DNA of 64,000 nucleotides from an uncultured delta proteobacterium (GTDB lineage Bacteria > Desulfobacterota > Syntrophobacteria > Syntrophobacterales > Syntrophobacteraceae), in NCBI GenBank assembly GCA_963808625.1, contig CAWEHK010000033.1, positions 96,001-160,000 of the forward strand, written 5' to 3'. The position numbers were made by a program, and so were the translations under genes. The notes beneath the pieces are model-generated. The model ran no database searches. It was not told where the DNA came from and saw only the letters and a list, made by a program, of their open reading frames with translations. Numbering within the stretch: the first letter of the stretch is position 1; the number at the start of each line of letters is the position of its first letter. Below are positions 22,543-35,346 of this stretch, one piece after another.

Positions 22543-23016
22543 ATGCCGAATCCGAAATCAGAAATCAGAAACCCAACCAAGGTCGAGGTTTTTACCGACG
22601 GAGCCTGCAACCCGAACCCTGGACCCGGAGGCTGGGGGGCCATATTGCGCTATGGGGAAGTCGAAAAGGAACTTTCCGGGTATGCTCCCATGACCACCAA
22701 CAATCGCATGGAGTTGACGGCGGTCGTGGAAGCACTCCGGGCCATCAAGAGGCCATGCCACCTGACCATTCACACCGACTCGCGCTACCTGAAAGACGGC
22801 ATCACCAGCTGGATTCTCAAGTGGAAGCGAAACGGCTGGAAGACCGCAACGGGCACAGCGGTCAAGAACAAGGACCTGTGGCTTGCCCTGGATGAGGCGA
22901 GTCGGCGCCATGCTATCGAATGGCATTGGGTCAAAGGCCACGTCGGGCACCCTGAGAATGAACGGTGCGACGAGCTCGCTCGTTCGGCAATCATTGAACA
23001 CGCCGCTGGTTCTTGA
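22543..23016 (+). CDS. rnhA: Ribonuclease HI
   Basis: [39 protein letters not shown]. Confidence 0.95.
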   Translation: MPNPKSEIRNPTKVEVFTDGACNPNPGPGGWGAILRYGEVEKELSGYAPMTTNNRMELTAVVEALRAIKRPCHLTIHTDSRYLKDGITSWILKWKRNGWKTATGTAVKNKDLWLALDEASRRHAIEWHWVKGHVGHPENERCDELARSAIIEHAAGS

Positions 23017-23430
23017 AGAATTGCCACGCAGGTCCGGACCATAATCAATGGGAATCGCAGTCCATTAACTTGATCGTATAGGAATTTCCATTTTTTTTAC
23101 CGCAGAGGACGCAGAGAAAAGCATTGGAAGCCTCCAATCGTGATTTCGGAACTCTTGAGGGGAGATCTTTACTGCATTGCTAACGTTCAAGCTCTTGAAA
23201 TTCTGTTAAGATTTTTCTCTAAGCTATTGTTCCCTCTGCGCTCTCTGCGGTGAATTTGTGTTTTGTAGTCCGCCCGAAGGGCGCTAACTCGACGGACCTT
23301 GACGATCAAGAGAACGAACCTTAATAAAACCTTTTGTCGCATTCGAGCGGGGCAACGTTGCAGCGGCCCAATTGTCGTAACCATCGAAGCCTTCCCTCCA
23401 CCGGGGCAGACGGATTTCAAAGGAAGAACC

Positions 23431-25260
23431 ATGGAAACGAAGACGAAATTCTCGCTTTGGTACGTTGTGATCGCGGTCTGGGCGATACTTATCATACAGA
23501 ATTATATCGCCTCGCAATTTACTCCGAGGGTCTTGCCTTACAGTGCGTTTATAAAAGCTCTTAAGGACAATCAGATCATCGAAGTCGTCATTACCGAGGG
23601 CCGTATTGCCGGCAAAATGAAGGTCACCGAAAACGATCAGAGCAAAGAGGTCAACTTTACGACCTATCGGGTGGATATTGATCTCTCCGAAGAGCTCGCC
23701 AAGCACAACGTCATTTTCCGGGGGCAGCCTGAGAACACCTTCCTGCGTGACCTTCTGTCGTGGGTCCTGCCCGCCCTCATTTTCTTCGGCCTCTGGTTTC
23801 TTCTCATGAAGCGGTTCAGTCCCGGCGCCGGGATGATGTCCTTCGGGAGGAACAAGGCCAAGGTTTATGCGGAAAAAGAGATCGAAACCCGCTTCGAGGA
23901 TGTCGCGGGTGCGGATGAGGCCAAAGCGGAACTGGTCGAGGTCGTGGACTATCTTAAAGAGCCCCAGCGCTATCAGCAGCTTGGGGGAAGGATGCCCAAG
24001 GGCGTTTTGCTGGTCGGCCCGCCCGGTACGGGCAAGACGCTGCTGGCGCGTGCCGTTGCCGGTGAAGCGAGTGTCCCTTTTTTTAGTATAAGCGGGTCTG
24101 AGTTTGTCGAGATGTTTGTGGGTGTTGGCGCGGCAAGGGTGCGCGAGCTCTTCCAACAGGCCCGGGAAAAGGCCCCGTGTATTATCTTTATTGATGAACT
24201 GGACGCCATCGGCAAAGCCCGGGGGGCAATGACCATCGGCGGCCACGATGAACGGGAGCAGACCCTGAACCAGCTTCTCGTTGAAATGGATGGGTTTGAT
24301 CCACGGGTGGGCGTGGTCATTCTGGCCGCGACCAACCGTCCGGAAACCCTGGACCCTGCCCTGCTCCGAGCCGGGCGGTTCGATCGGCAGGTTCTCGTGG
24401 ATCGGCCCGATGTCAACGGGCGTGAGGCTATTCTCAGGATTCATGTAAAGAAAGTCAAGGTGGCTGAGAGCGTTGACCTGAGGGTCATTGCGCAGAAGAC
24501 TCCCGGCTTCTCGGGGGCGGATCTCGCCAATGTGATCAATGAAGCCGCTCTGCTTGCGGCGCGCAAAAACAAGAGCGCCATCGAGATGGAAGACCTGGAC
24601 GAAGCGGTCGACCGCATTATCGCCGGCCTTGAAAAGAAGAACCGGGTGATCAATCCGAAAGAAAAACAAATCGTCGCCCATCACGAGACCGGACACGCCC
24701 TGGTTGCCGCTTTTACGCCCGGGGCCGACAAGGTCCACAAGATTTCCATCATCCCCCGAGGCATCGCCGCTCTCGGCTACACCCAGCAGTTGCCGACCGA
24801 GGACCGTTACCTCATGACGCGCCAGGAGCTCATGGGAAAGATCGACGTGCTCCTCGGGGGGAGGATGGCTGAGGAAATCGTCTTCGGCGACATCTCCACG
24901 GGCGCGCATAATGATTTGCAGCGGGCCACCGACATCGCCCGGGCCATGGTTTCCGAGTACGGGATGGGGAGGACGCTCGGGCTCTCCACTTATCCGCGCC
25001 AGAACCGACCGATGTTCCTGAGTCCCGAGCAGGGCCCGCTGGTCGGGAAGGAGTACAGTGAAGCAACCGCGGCCAAGCTGGACGATGAGGTCAAAGACCT
25101 GATCACGGAGAGGGCTGTCGGCGTCCGCGAACTGCTCTCGCGAAACCGCGGGCTGCTCGAGGAAATAGCCGGAGAGCTCCTGAAGAAGGAAGTAATGGAG
25201 AGCGAAGAATTTTACCGGTTGGTGGATACTCACCGAATGGTCGCGAAGCTTGACCTTTAG
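23431..25260 (+). CDS. ftsH: ATP-dependent zinc metalloprotease FtsH
   Basis: Two TM segments, [33 protein letters not shown]. Confidence 0.96.
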   Translation: METKTKFSLWYVVIAVWAILIIQNYIASQFTPRVLPYSAFIKALKDNQIIEVVITEGRIAGKMKVTENDQSKEVNFTTYRVDIDLSEELAKHNVIFRGQPENTFLRDLLSWVLPALIFFGLWFLLMKRFSPGAGMMSFGRNKAKVYAEKEIETRFEDVAGADEAKAELVEVVDYLKEPQRYQQLGGRMPKGVLLVGPPGTGKTLLARAVAGEASVPFFSISGSEFVEMFVGVGAARVRELFQQAREKAPCIIFIDELDAIGKARGAMTIGGHDEREQTLNQLLVEMDGFDPRVGVVILAATNRPETLDPALLRAGRFDRQVLVDRPDVNGREAILRIHVKKVKVAESVDLRVIAQKTPGFSGADLANVINEAALLAARKNKSAIEMEDLDEAVDRIIAGLEKKNRVINPKEKQIVAHHETGHALVAAFTPGADKVHKISIIPRGIAALGYTQQLPTEDRYLMTRQELMGKIDVLLGGRMAEEIVFGDISTGAHNDLQRATDIARAMVSEYGMGRTLGLSTYPRQNRPMFLSPEQGPLVGKEYSEATAAKLDDEVKDLITERAVGVRELLSRNRGLLEEIAGELLKKEVMESEEFYRLVDTHRMVAKLDL

Positions 25261-25271
25261 AAGTGGAGCAT

Positions 25272-26380
25272 ATGAGAGCATCGGGAATCGCTTTTCTGAT
25301 CAGCATGCTGGGGCTCATGTTTGCCTCTTCCTGCTCGCACAACCCGGCAGCTTTCGATGAGGGCAAGTGGCGCAAGCAGGTGGAGGGTCAGAGCGTCGAA
25401 AAGCTTTACGCGGCCCATTTCAGCGACGGGCAGTACGGCAATCCCTGGATGCCCTTGCAGCATGGCGGGTTCTGGCGCCTTTTGAAATGGCGGTTAGCAG
25501 GCAAGGCCAAGTATTCGGAGGAAGAGCAAAATTACCAACCGAAATTCATCCCGGAACTGAAGAAGCGGCTCGAAGCTATGCCGGAAGGGGATTTCATCGC
25601 CTGGATCGGGCACGCCACCTTTCTCCTGCGACTTCAGGGGGATTATTGGATCACCGATCCCATGTTTTCGAAACGCGCCCTTCTCCCCAAGCGTGTTACG
25701 CCACCGGCCATTACCGGCAAGGAATTGGCTGATTTGACACCGCGCTTGAACGTATTGATTTCCCATAACCATTACGATCACCTCGACGTCGAGAGCATTC
25801 GTTCCTTGCCGCCCGAGTCGCGGATCTATGTTCCCCTCGGTCTTAAGAAGTTTGTCGAGGAAATCCACAAAGGTGTGGTGAAGGAGCTCGACTGGTGGCA
25901 GGAAATCCCTTTGGGAGATGGGAAGAAGCTGGTCTGTCTGCCGGCTCAGCACTGGTCGAGGCGAATCGGGCAGGGCTACAATGAAACGCTTTGGGCCAGT
26001 TTTTTGCTGATTACCCCCGAGACCTCGGTCTATTACGGGGGCGACAGCGGTTATTTCATCGGCTACAAGGAGATCGGAAGACGCTTCCCGGGCATCGATT
26101 TCGCCCTGCTTTCGACCACCGCCTACCATCCGCGATGGTTCATGCATTACGCACACAAGAGCATTCCTGAAGCTCTCGATGCTTTTCACGATCTCGGCGC
26201 GAAGCATTTCATCCCAACCCAGTGGGGCACCTTCCAGCTCGGCGATGAGCCTCCCGGCTATGCGGCACTGGACTTGACGAGGACCATCGAAGCAAGTAAG
26301 CTCAACCCCTCCCGGTTTATCATCATGGACATTGGGGAGATTCGTCCGATGCACAAGGCGGCCATGCGGAAGGCGGGTGA
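25272..26380 (+). CDS. MBL-fold metallohydrolase (NAPE-PLD/RomA-like lipoprotein)
   Basis: WIGHATF, SHNHYDHLD, PAQHWS, GDSGY; the 3' end is uncertain because the ORF reads into a repeat. Confidence 0.8.
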
Positions 26381-26499
26381 GCGGGCGCTCCATGGTTCCC
26401 AAGCTGGAGCTTGGGAACCAGGGACGGTGAAACACGCGGGCAAACAAGTATCGTTCATGATCGTTAGTATGAAGTTGGATGAAGTGAAAGGATTTGATT

Positions 26500-28539
26500 A
26501 TGAAAAGATCTTCCGGTTTCAAACGACATTGGTGGCTGATTACTGTCGCAGTTTTGTTTTTGCTGAACCTTGGTCTTTTGGCGAACTTGACCGAAGCAGC
26601 CGGGATCAAGGACTCGGAGTCGGCCACGCACGGGGGCGAGGACGCTTTTCACCAGATTGTGGACACGTACAAGTTCCCCGGCTTTGAGATTGTGCAGTTC
26701 AATCTGCCGGTGTTGAGCCACTACTCCTACCTGCTGGTTTCCGGCAAGGAGGCGCTGGTGGTTGACCCGAACCGGGATATCAACGCCTACCTCGACCATG
26801 CAAAAAAGCACGGTCTGACGATCAAGGGCGTCTTTCTCACCCACTCCCACGCCGACTTTGTCGCCGGGCATCTGGAATTGGTACGGTCATTGAAGGTGCC
26901 GATCTACCAAAATGCGGCCAGCGGCGCGAAATATAAAATCGAAGCGCTTCAGGAAGGCTCCTCATTTAAAGTGGGCGTTGCCACGGTAAAAGTCATGGTG
27001 ACCCCCGGCCACACGCCTGACGGCATGTGCGGCTTGGTTTTCTCCGAGGGGGATGCGCAGCCAAAGGCCATTCTCACGGGTGATACCTTGTTCGTGGGCT
27101 CGATTGGAAGGCCGGATCTGCTCGAAGGGAAAATGACGGCTGCCACCCTGGCCTCCATGAGCTTCGATACCTGGCACAATAAGCTCTCCAAACTGCCGGA
27201 CACGGTCCTGGTGCTGCCTGCGCACGGTGCGGGATCTTTGTGCGGCGCCCACCTGTCCGACGATCCGGCATCAACCATCGGCAGGGAAAGGTCATCCAAT
27301 CCCTACCTGCAGCACAAGGGCCGGAGTGAGTTCATCGCGGCGGTGCTGGAAGGTCTGCCGGAAGCGCCGCAGTACTTCAAACACAACGCGGCCATGAACC
27401 GCGAAGGACCGCCGCTGGTATCCTGGGATGCCGCGCCCGCGCAGGCAAAGGTGGATGAATCCATCACCAGGGTGGAAGAACAATGGCTGGTGGACCTGCG
27501 GGACGCCAAGCTTTACGCCGACGGGCATGTGCCCGGGTCGATAAACATTGGACTGCGGGGTCGGCTGGAAAGTTGGGTGGGCATCATGGTGCCGTGGAAG
27601 CGCGCCGATGGTGCTGATCGGCTCCCCGGCGGAAATCAAGGAGGCGGTCTTTCGTCTGCATCGGGTGGCCTACACGGGATCGGTGTTGCCGTTCGAAGCC
27701 TGGACCAAAGCCGGCCTGCCTCTTGCCAAGAGCGGGACCATCAAGCCCGGCGAACTCTACGCTCAAATGCAGGACGGCACCGCTCCGATCATCGTGGACG
27801 TGCGCATGCCCAGTGAATGGATGGCTCTGCGCATCGGGACGGTGGTGAATTTGCCCATCAACCACCTGGGTGAGCTTTCCGGCAAACTCGATCCGAGCTT
27901 GCCGGTAGTGGCGGTGTGCAACAGCGCGTATCGGTCGAGTCTGGCGGTGGGCATCCTGCAGCGGAAAGGATTCAAACAGGTTTCCAGCCTCGAGGGGGGC
28001 AGCGCCGCATGGATTGAAGCGGGCTATCCGGTATTTGGCAGCGAAAAGAAAGCCGCCGTCTCCGCTTCACCCAAGCGTCAGGTTCCTCTTGCGGAGCGGA
28101 TTTCGCCGGCGGATTTGAACGACTGATGAAGGATATGCCCGGGACCTTTGATCTGGTGGACATCCGCCCGCCCGAGGCCTTTCAGGATTATGCCTTGCCT
28201 GGATCGATCAATGCCGACCTGGCAGATGTCTTGTCGAATGCTGCGTATCTTACGGGCGCAGGGCCGCTGATCATCGTGGATCGTGACGGCTCTCTGGCGA
28301 TGATGGTTGCCGGCATCCTTTCACAGAAGACGAAGCGGCCAATCAAGGCCTTGTACGGCGGGCTGGATGGCTTCTGGGAAGAGACGGAACTGAAGAGCGC
28401 GGTGCGCTCCGTGCCTCTTCCCGGCGCTGGCTCAGGACTCAAGGCGGCCCCGGCGGGATCCCCGGCCCCGCAGTCGGCAACTCCTGCACCCCCGCCGACT
28501 GCTCCTGCCGCTCCCAAGAAGAAGTCTGCCGGTTGCTGA
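26500..28539 (+). CDS. MBL-fold (persulfide dioxygenase-like) protein fused to rhodanese domains (frameshifted)
   Basis: THSHADFVAGH, TPGHTP, GDTLFVGSIGRPDL, PAHGAGSLCG, then rhodanese repeats (VCNSAYRS) and a C-terminal KKKSAGC. Confidence 0.85.
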
Positions 28540-28700
28540 GTCATTCAGCATGACCTTTCACCACGAAGAGCACCAAAGACACAAAATGATTTCTTCGTGT
28601 CTCTTCGCATCCTTCGTGTGCTTTCGTGATGAAACAACGTCGAAAGGACTGCAGGTTGTTTTTGGACGCTTGCCAACCCGTCATCGAAGAGGAATCGACC

Positions 28701-29231
28701 ATGAACCGATGCCAATCCGCTCATTCCGACGGCCCCAGGCCATACATGAACCCTTATCTGGCCGGCCTCATGTTGGGGTTTGTGCTTCTGGCCAGTTTCC
28801 TGATCCTGGGAGTCGGGCTGGGAGCTTCCTCCGGTATCGCCCGTGCCGGCGCCTATGTGCAAAGCGTTCTGATGCCGCAGCATGTTGCTGAGAGTGCATA
28901 CTTCGGTGCTTGGGGGAGGAATCCGTTGCGATACTATCTGGTCTTTATGTTTGTCGGCACCCTCATCGGGGGCTTGGTGTCCGCCATCCTGGGACGGCGC
29001 ATCCGGCCGCAACTCGAGCGTGGGCCGACGGCTTCGCCCCAACTTCGTATCGTGCTGGCGCTGGTGGGCGGGATCCTTGCGGGTTTTGCCAGCCGCCTGG
29101 CTTCCGGGTGCACCTCCGGCCAGGCCCTTACCGGTGGGGCGATGCTGACCAGCGGCAGCCTGCTTTTTCTCGTGTCTCTCTTTGCCAGTGGTTATGCGGT
29201 GGCATGGTTTGTCAGGAGGCAATGGTCATGA
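28701..29231 (+). CDS. YeeE/YedE sulfur-compound transporter subunit
   Basis: NPYLAG, GFASRLASGCTSGQAL. Confidence 0.85.
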   Translation: MNRCQSAHSDGPRPYMNPYLAGLMLGFVLLASFLILGVGLGASSGIARAGAYVQSVLMPQHVAESAYFGAWGRNPLRYYLVFMFVGTLIGGLVSAILGRRIRPQLERGPTASPQLRIVLALVGGILAGFASRLASGCTSGQALTGGAMLTSGSLLFLVSLFASGYAVAWFVRRQWS

Positions 29232-31216
29232 TCACAACCTTCTTTGGCGACGGCGCTCTGGACAGCAGCGCAGCTTTGGTGGTTTCACTGCTGGTGGGTT
29301 TCGGCTTTGGTTTTGCGCTCGAGCGGGCGGGCTTCGGGAGCTCCAAGAGGCTGGCCGGAATCTTCTATCTTCGCGACATGACCGTGCTGCGCGTCATGTT
29401 CACGGCCATGATCACGGCCATGCTCGGCCTGCAGCTGGCCCTGTTGCTGGGCGTCATAACTTTGGACCAGATCTATTTTTTACCCACCGTCTACGGTGCC
29501 CAAATTGTGGGTGGCCTGCTCTTTGGAGTCGGTTTCGCCCTGGGCGGCTGGTGTCCGGGTACGGCTGCCGTGGGATTGGCTTCGGGTCGTCTGGACGCCT
29601 TGATCTTCCTTCTGGGAGCGGCGCTTGGCAGCGTCCTCTTCAATGAGCTCTACAGCTTGCTTGAACCCCTCTACACCTGGGGCGACAGTGGTGTGAAATT
29701 CGCGTGGGCAGCTCTGGGTCTGTCCGCCTCGTTATTTGCTTTGATTTTTTCGGGTTTTGGAGTGGGCGCATTTTGGCTCTCGGAATGGATCGAGAGGAGA
29801 ACAGCAGGTGCCGGCCCCTACCTCGGCAGTCCCTTCCTGAAGGCTTTCAGCGTGGCCATTCTAGTCAGTGCGCTTGCCGTGGCGGTGCTGCCAACGGACG
29901 GCGCGCGGCAGCAACTCGCCCAAACCCGTCCCGTTAGCGATGCGACCCTCCTCCAGGCCATGGAAGCCGGAGAAGATCACCTATGAACCGGAAGAGCTGG
30001 CCGACCGTATCATGGCCGGCGACCCGGCCCTGTTGCTGGTAGATATTCGTACACCGGCCGAGTTTGCGAGCTTTCACATCAAGGGGGCGGTGAACAGTTC
30101 CGCTGCCGATCTGCCGGAAATGCTCGCTCCCCTGAAGAACAAGGGAGCCATCGTCCTTTACTCGAACGGCATGACACACCCCGCCCAGGTCAGGGACACG
30201 CTGGCACGAATGGGCTTCGGCAATGTTTATCTGCTGACCGATGGTTTGCAGGGGTTCATGCACCGCGTGCTCAAGCCCATATCGCTCCGGGAGGCGGTGC
30301 TGACGGACGACATGAAGACCAGGGTGACGGCGTGGCGGAATTTTTTCCTGAGCGATGAGGCTCCCCGGAACGCAGTCTCGGCAGCATGCCGTGGTGAATC
30401 CCCCCGGCTGGTCGAACCGGCATGGCTGAATGAAAACCTTGAACGCGGCGACCTGCGAATCATCGAGGTACGTTCCCAGCCGGCCTACAACGGCGGCCAC
30501 CTTCCCGGTTCCGTGCGGATGGACCCCGAGCACTTCCGCGGGGTGATCGGCGGCGTGTCGTCCATGTTGCTGCCCGCTGACATGATTGCTCAGCACCTTG
30601 GCCTGGTGGGAATCAAGCCGGAAACGACGGTCATCATCGTACCAAGTGAGAAGCTCCAGGACGCAACCCTCGTGGGAATCGCCCTCGAACGGGCCGGTCA
30701 CCGGCGCTACGCCATTCTCGATGGCGGCTGGGAGAAGTGGCGGGCGGAGCAGCGACCGGTCGATACCGGGCTTCCCAAAATCACCGCTACGGATTATCCG
30801 GTGCCCAAACATGCCGATTCGTTTACCGTGGATTACCTGACGGTGCTGGAATACTCGCAGCGCAGGAGTGCCGTCATTCTCGATGTGCGGCCCGCAGACT
30901 TCTACACGGGATTAAAGTCCGATGAAGCGCGTGCCGGCCATATCCCCGGCGCGGTCAACAGGCCCTTTAACGCTGATCTGACAACCATGAAGGCGTCACG
31001 AGATTCAAACCGGTCGCAGAACTCCAGGAAGCCTATGACAGACTGATCGCCTCCAAAGATGCAACGGTGGTGGTCACCTGCCGAACGGGTCATCAGGCCA
31101 GTCAAACTTGGTTTGTACTCAGGTACCTGCTGGGCTACAAAAATGTCTTGTGGTACGACGGCGGTTGGGCGGAGTGGTCCAGCCGGCCGGAGTTGCCGGT
31201 TGAGACGATTAAGTAG
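29228..31216 (+). CDS. YeeE/YedE domain fused to rhodanese/sulfurtransferase domains (frameshifted)
   Basis: GFGFALERAGF, GGWCPGT, then rhodanese domains (GHIPGA, CRTGHQAS, YDGGWAEW). Confidence 0.8.
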
Positions 31217-31237
31217 GTAAGCCTGGAACGGCAGTTG

Positions 31238-31969
31238 ATGAGAAGAGCGTCTTCCCGCACCATCCTGGTGGTCCTCATGGCAGTGATCCTCATTTCTGGA
31301 GGGGTAGCGCTGCTTTGGGACTCGCCATACCCGGCCGTGCTGGGGTCCCACCTGCGGCGGGTGTGGGCCTACCTTCAGGACAAAGAACAAATCCGCAGCA
31401 TGACGGAATCATGGGGACAGTGGGGCCCGCTCTTCCTGATCCTCTTCCAGGCCATACAGGTCGTGGTCGTTCCCATCCCCGGTGAGACCACCACCGGTTT
31501 GGTGAGCGGCTTTCTCTACGGCCCCTGGCTGGGCGCCCTTTACACCATGGTGGGCCTCACCCTGGGTTCGGTGTTGGGATTCTTTTTGGGCCACTGGCTG
31601 GGGGATCATATCATCAACCGACTGATCTCCCAGGCATCCCGGAAGCGTCTCGATGAAATGATGCGGCATCAGGGAGGTCTGGCGGCACTCCTTGTCTTTG
31701 CCCTGCCCTACTTCCCCAAGGACTATTTCTGTATAGGTTTGGGGATGGCGGGTATGCCCCTGAAAATATTTCTGGTGGCGGTGATCGCCGGCCGCCTTCC
31801 CAATGCCCTCTTGTTCAATCTCCAGGGAGCGTACCTTTACGAGGGGAATTATCTGAGCTTTTTCCTTCTCCTGAGCGGCTTTCTGACCTTTGCGGCCGTG
31901 GTCTTCCTGTGCCGGGAGCGCCTCTCCCGCTTGTTTGAGCGTTTGGGGCAGTCTTCAGACGAGAAATGA
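31238..31969 (+). CDS. TVP38/TMEM64 (DedA/VTT) membrane protein
   Basis: QVVVVPIPGE, GFLYGPWLG, PYFPKD, GRLP. Confidence 0.85.
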   Translation: MRRASSRTILVVLMAVILISGGVALLWDSPYPAVLGSHLRRVWAYLQDKEQIRSMTESWGQWGPLFLILFQAIQVVVVPIPGETTTGLVSGFLYGPWLGALYTMVGLTLGSVLGFFLGHWLGDHIINRLISQASRKRLDEMMRHQGGLAALLVFALPYFPKDYFCIGLGMAGMPLKIFLVAVIAGRLPNALLFNLQGAYLYEGNYLSFFLLLSGFLTFAAVVFLCRERLSRLFERLGQSSDEK

Positions 31970-32147
31970 CCCCCTGACACAGGGCAGTTTCTTCAGCCGT
32001 GCAGTATTGATTACAGGCTCGCACAAAAATCACCAGGGTACTTGATTGCGTCGGATTCCGGCGAAAACCGGAGTGCCATGCAGGAATGCCTGGATACCGG
32101 CTTTGCCGGTAATGACGAACTGACTTTGAGTTCATTGCTGTAATGTA

Positions 32148-33635
32148 CTAAGGACTTTTCGCCCCCAGGATGTAGCGGCAGGCTCGGCCTTTGCCAATGC
32201 GCTGCAGCACGCCCGAGTCAACCATTTCGGCCAGTTCCCGCAAGGCCTGACGCTCCGATAAGTCATTGAGCTGGGAGTAATACTTGTTCGTGATAAAGCC
32301 GTGCTCCTTAATGAAATCAATGGTCCGTAGCTGACGCGGGCGCAGGTTCCACTGCGGGAGGCGGCCGCCGTGGCTCAACTCGCTGATTGGTTTGAGCTCC
32401 ACCGGCTGCCATGTTTTCTCGGGCGGCGGCTCCCTTCGATAGTCCTCGGTTCTGGTGGGTGGAGCGGGTTCGCGGACCTCCTGGGGAAGGTCCTTGACCA
32501 AGATTTTCTCGCCATTCGAGAGAATTACGGCCCTTTCGATCACGTTCTCCAATTCCCGGACATTCCCGGGCCACGAGTAATCCAGCAGACAGCGCAGGGC
32601 TTCGGGCTCAATGGTGATCAAAGCCAGGCTGCTCTCCTGCGAATACTTGGCCAAAAAATGATTGACCAGCAGCGGAATGTCATCGGTTCTTTCCCTTAGC
32701 GGGGGAAGATGGATGTGAACGACATTGAGGCGGAAAAAGAGATCGGAGCGGAAGCGTCGCTGGGCCACTTCCTCTTTGAGGATTCGATTGGATGCGGCGA
32801 CGATGCGGACATCCACGCGAATGGTCTGGCTGCCTCCCACCCGCTCAAACTCCATTTCCTGCAGCACGCGCAAGAGCTTAACCTGCAATGGCGGTGACAT
32901 TTCACTGATTTCATCGAGGAAAAGAGTCCCTTCATGAGCCAGTTCAAACCGCCCTTTCCGCAGATTAACGGCGCCGCTGAAGGCCCCCCGCTCGTGGCCG
33001 AAGAGTTCACTTTCCAGGAGCGTTTCAGGCAGTGCCCCGCAGTTAACTGAAATAAACGGCTGCTCGCGCCTCGGACTGTTGAAATGGATGGCGCGCGCAA
33101 TCAGTTCCTTGCCCGTACCCGAGTCACCCGTGATCAGGACGGTGGCCTTGGATGGAGCTACCTTCTCAATCAACTGGTAGATGCGCTGCATGGGTGCGCT
33201 CTTGCCGATGATCTTGCCAAACTCGTAGCGTTCCTGAAGCTCGCGCGTGAGGTAGCGGTTTTTGCGGAGCAACACGTGGTGGTCGATCGCTTTGCGGATG
33301 GTGAGCTTTAGTTCCTCGTTCTTAAAGGGTTTGAGGATGTAGTCGAAGGCCCCCTTGCGCATTGCCTCCACCGCCTTTTCCACCGACCCGTAGGCGGTCA
33401 TCATGATGATCGGGAGATCGGGATTTTGCAGCTGAATGCGATCGAGGAAGGCCATACCGTCCATCCCGGGCATTTTCATATCCGTGATGACGGCATCGAG
33501 GTCATACTCCGCAACGATATCCAGGCCATTTTCCGCAGATTCCGCGGTGACGACCTGGTATCCCTCTTCGCTGAGGAGGTCTTCGAGGATCAGCAGATAA
33601 TTCTTTTCGTCATCGACAATGAGGATACTTTCCAT
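32148..33635 (-). CDS. Sigma-54-dependent response regulator (NtrC family)
   Basis: Receiver domain, [34 protein letters not shown]. Confidence 0.93.
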   Translation of the reverse strand: MESILIVDDEKNYLLILEDLLSEEGYQVVTAESAENGLDIVAEYDLDAVITDMKMPGMDGMAFLDRIQLQNPDLPIIMMTAYGSVEKAVEAMRKGAFDYILKPFKNEELKLTIRKAIDHHVLLRKNRYLTRELQERYEFGKIIGKSAPMQRIYQLIEKVAPSKATVLITGDSGTGKELIARAIHFNSPRREQPFISVNCGALPETLLESELFGHERGAFSGAVNLRKGRFELAHEGTLFLDEISEMSPPLQVKLLRVLQEMEFERVGGSQTIRVDVRIVAASNRILKEEVAQRRFRSDLFFRLNVVHIHLPPLRERTDDIPLLVNHFLAKYSQESSLALITIEPEALRCLLDYSWPGNVRELENVIERAVILSNGEKILVKDLPQEVREPAPPTRTEDYRREPPPEKTWQPVELKPISELSHGGRLPQWNLRPRQLRTIDFIKEHGFITNKYYSQLNDLSERQALRELAEMVDSGVLQRIGKGRACRYILGAKSP

Positions 33636-33801
33636 GAGTGCTTTTACCATCAATAAATCAAAAGCGTCCACGAAGGCACACGAAGGAGAAAACGAAGTCA
33701 CACGAAAACGACGGAAAATCAAGAGTTAAGAGCCAAAGCCAGGAGCCAACAACAGACGGCTAATGGTGAACCGCTAAGATCCAAGAGCTAAGAGCTAACC
33801 G

Positions 33802-35292
33802 CTAAGAGCTAACAGCCATCTCGCTGTCTTCTTCGGACCTTTCTTCTGAGTTCGGCTGAAAGAGCGGCAGGCGGATGATCATCGCGGTGCCCTTCCCTTC
33901 TGCACTATCCACCTCGATCTCACCATTATGGCTGTCGATAATGTTTCTCACAATCGCGAGCCCCAGCCCCGTACCCTTCTCGCGCGTGGTAAAGAAGGGA
34001 TTAAAGATTTTCTTCTGAACCTTCTGGGGAATCCCCGGCCCCGTGTCTTGAATGGTCAATTCTATCTGGGCGGGCTTGACCCTGCCATTGGCAAGGGCGG
34101 TCCGGACCCGCAAGATGCCTCCTTCGGGCATGGCTTGCAGAGCGTTAGCCAAAAGATTTACAAAGGCCCGGTAAAGCAAGTCGGGATCGGCTTCCAGAGC
34201 GAAACTTCCGCTCTCGTATTGGCGTTCCACTTGCACCCCAAGTCTCTGAAGTTCGGGCTCCATCACTTTGAGGTTACGCTCCAATATGTCTTCGATTCTG
34301 CATTTCATGGGATGGAGCGTTTTGGGGCGAGCAAAATCGAGGAACTCCGTCAGGGTATCGTTCAGGCGCGAAGCTTCCTCTACGATGATCGAGGAGAAGC
34401 GTTTCTGCCGCTCGCTTTCCGCACGGTCATGAAGCAGTTCCGCCGTGCTCCGAATGATCCCCAAAGGATTGCGAATCTCATGGGAAATTCCGGCGATCAT
34501 CTCTCCCAATGCGGCCAGCCGTTCCGCCTGGTGCAGCTTCTCCTCCAATTTGCGCTGCTCGGCTGCACGACCGGTTATAATCCGTTCAGCCCGGCGTGCG
34601 ATGAGGAGAATCGTCGTAAAAAGGACCCCGACGAACCCCAAAAAACTCATCGCCACAATCCACTGAAACCGACGGATGGTTGCATAATCGTGGGTGACGT
34701 CCTGAATGATCTCAAAAACCCCGAGCACCTTCCCCCGCTTCCAGCTCATGGGGCGCTCCTCCCACATGGGAAGATAGGTTTTCAGAGTGCGCATCCCGCC
34801 CTTCCATTCAATGCCCAGAAACGAGTTTTCGTCGTGAGACAGGAGCGAGACCGACTGCTCGGCCAATGCCTCCTTGAACACATCGCCGATGTCCCCTCGC
34901 GTGCCGACTTTTTCGGGGTCCGTGCTGTAGGTAAGGACTTCGTCGGGATCATAAATGTTGACGCTCTCAACCGAAAACCCATGAATCGTATTGTGCACCA
35001 CCCGATCCAGCCGTTCATACTGATTGGGGCGGCTCAACCGAATTTCACCCTCGGCAATCAGGGTCGGCAGCGTAAATTGAAAAAAAACCTGATGATTGAG
35101 GTTTTCAGCGACGAGCAGGGCATATTGTTCGCTTTTGTGGAACAGGATCTTCCTTGCTCGCTGGGAAATGAAGCCGGAAAGGAGAAGCGTGCATACCAGG
35201 ATAACCATGAGGCTGCTTAGCGACAGGTATTTAACCAGACGAAAGGGTTTGATGCCTTCGATAGTCTTTGTGCCGGTCTTTATCACTTTCAT
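33802..35292 (-). CDS. Membrane sensor histidine kinase
   Basis: Two TM segments, HEIRNPL, NALQAM, DTGPGI, FNPFFTT, GTGLGL. Confidence 0.93.
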   Translation of the reverse strand: MKVIKTGTKTIEGIKPFRLVKYLSLSSLMVILVCTLLLSGFISQRARKILFHKSEQYALLVAENLNHQVFFQFTLPTLIAEGEIRLSRPNQYERLDRVVHNTIHGFSVESVNIYDPDEVLTYSTDPEKVGTRGDIGDVFKEALAEQSVSLLSHDENSFLGIEWKGGMRTLKTYLPMWEERPMSWKRGKVLGVFEIIQDVTHDYATIRRFQWIVAMSFLGFVGVLFTTILLIARRAERIITGRAAEQRKLEEKLHQAERLAALGEMIAGISHEIRNPLGIIRSTAELLHDRAESERQKRFSSIIVEEASRLNDTLTEFLDFARPKTLHPMKCRIEDILERNLKVMEPELQRLGVQVERQYESGSFALEADPDLLYRAFVNLLANALQAMPEGGILRVRTALANGRVKPAQIELTIQDTGPGIPQKVQKKIFNPFFTTREKGTGLGLAIVRNIIDSHNGEIEVDSAEGKGTAMIIRLPLFQPNSEERSEEDSEMAVSS

Positions 35293-35346
35293 AGTGGATG
35301 CCGATGGGCGCCTCAATATTGAGTAAAGGTGAAGATTGAACAGACA

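Noticed and set aside
28531..28630. Selenocysteine read-through at ...GC-TGA of the rhodanese fusion
   Set aside because: No convincing SECIS-like hairpin follows; the downstream sequence is a CACGAAG repeat element.
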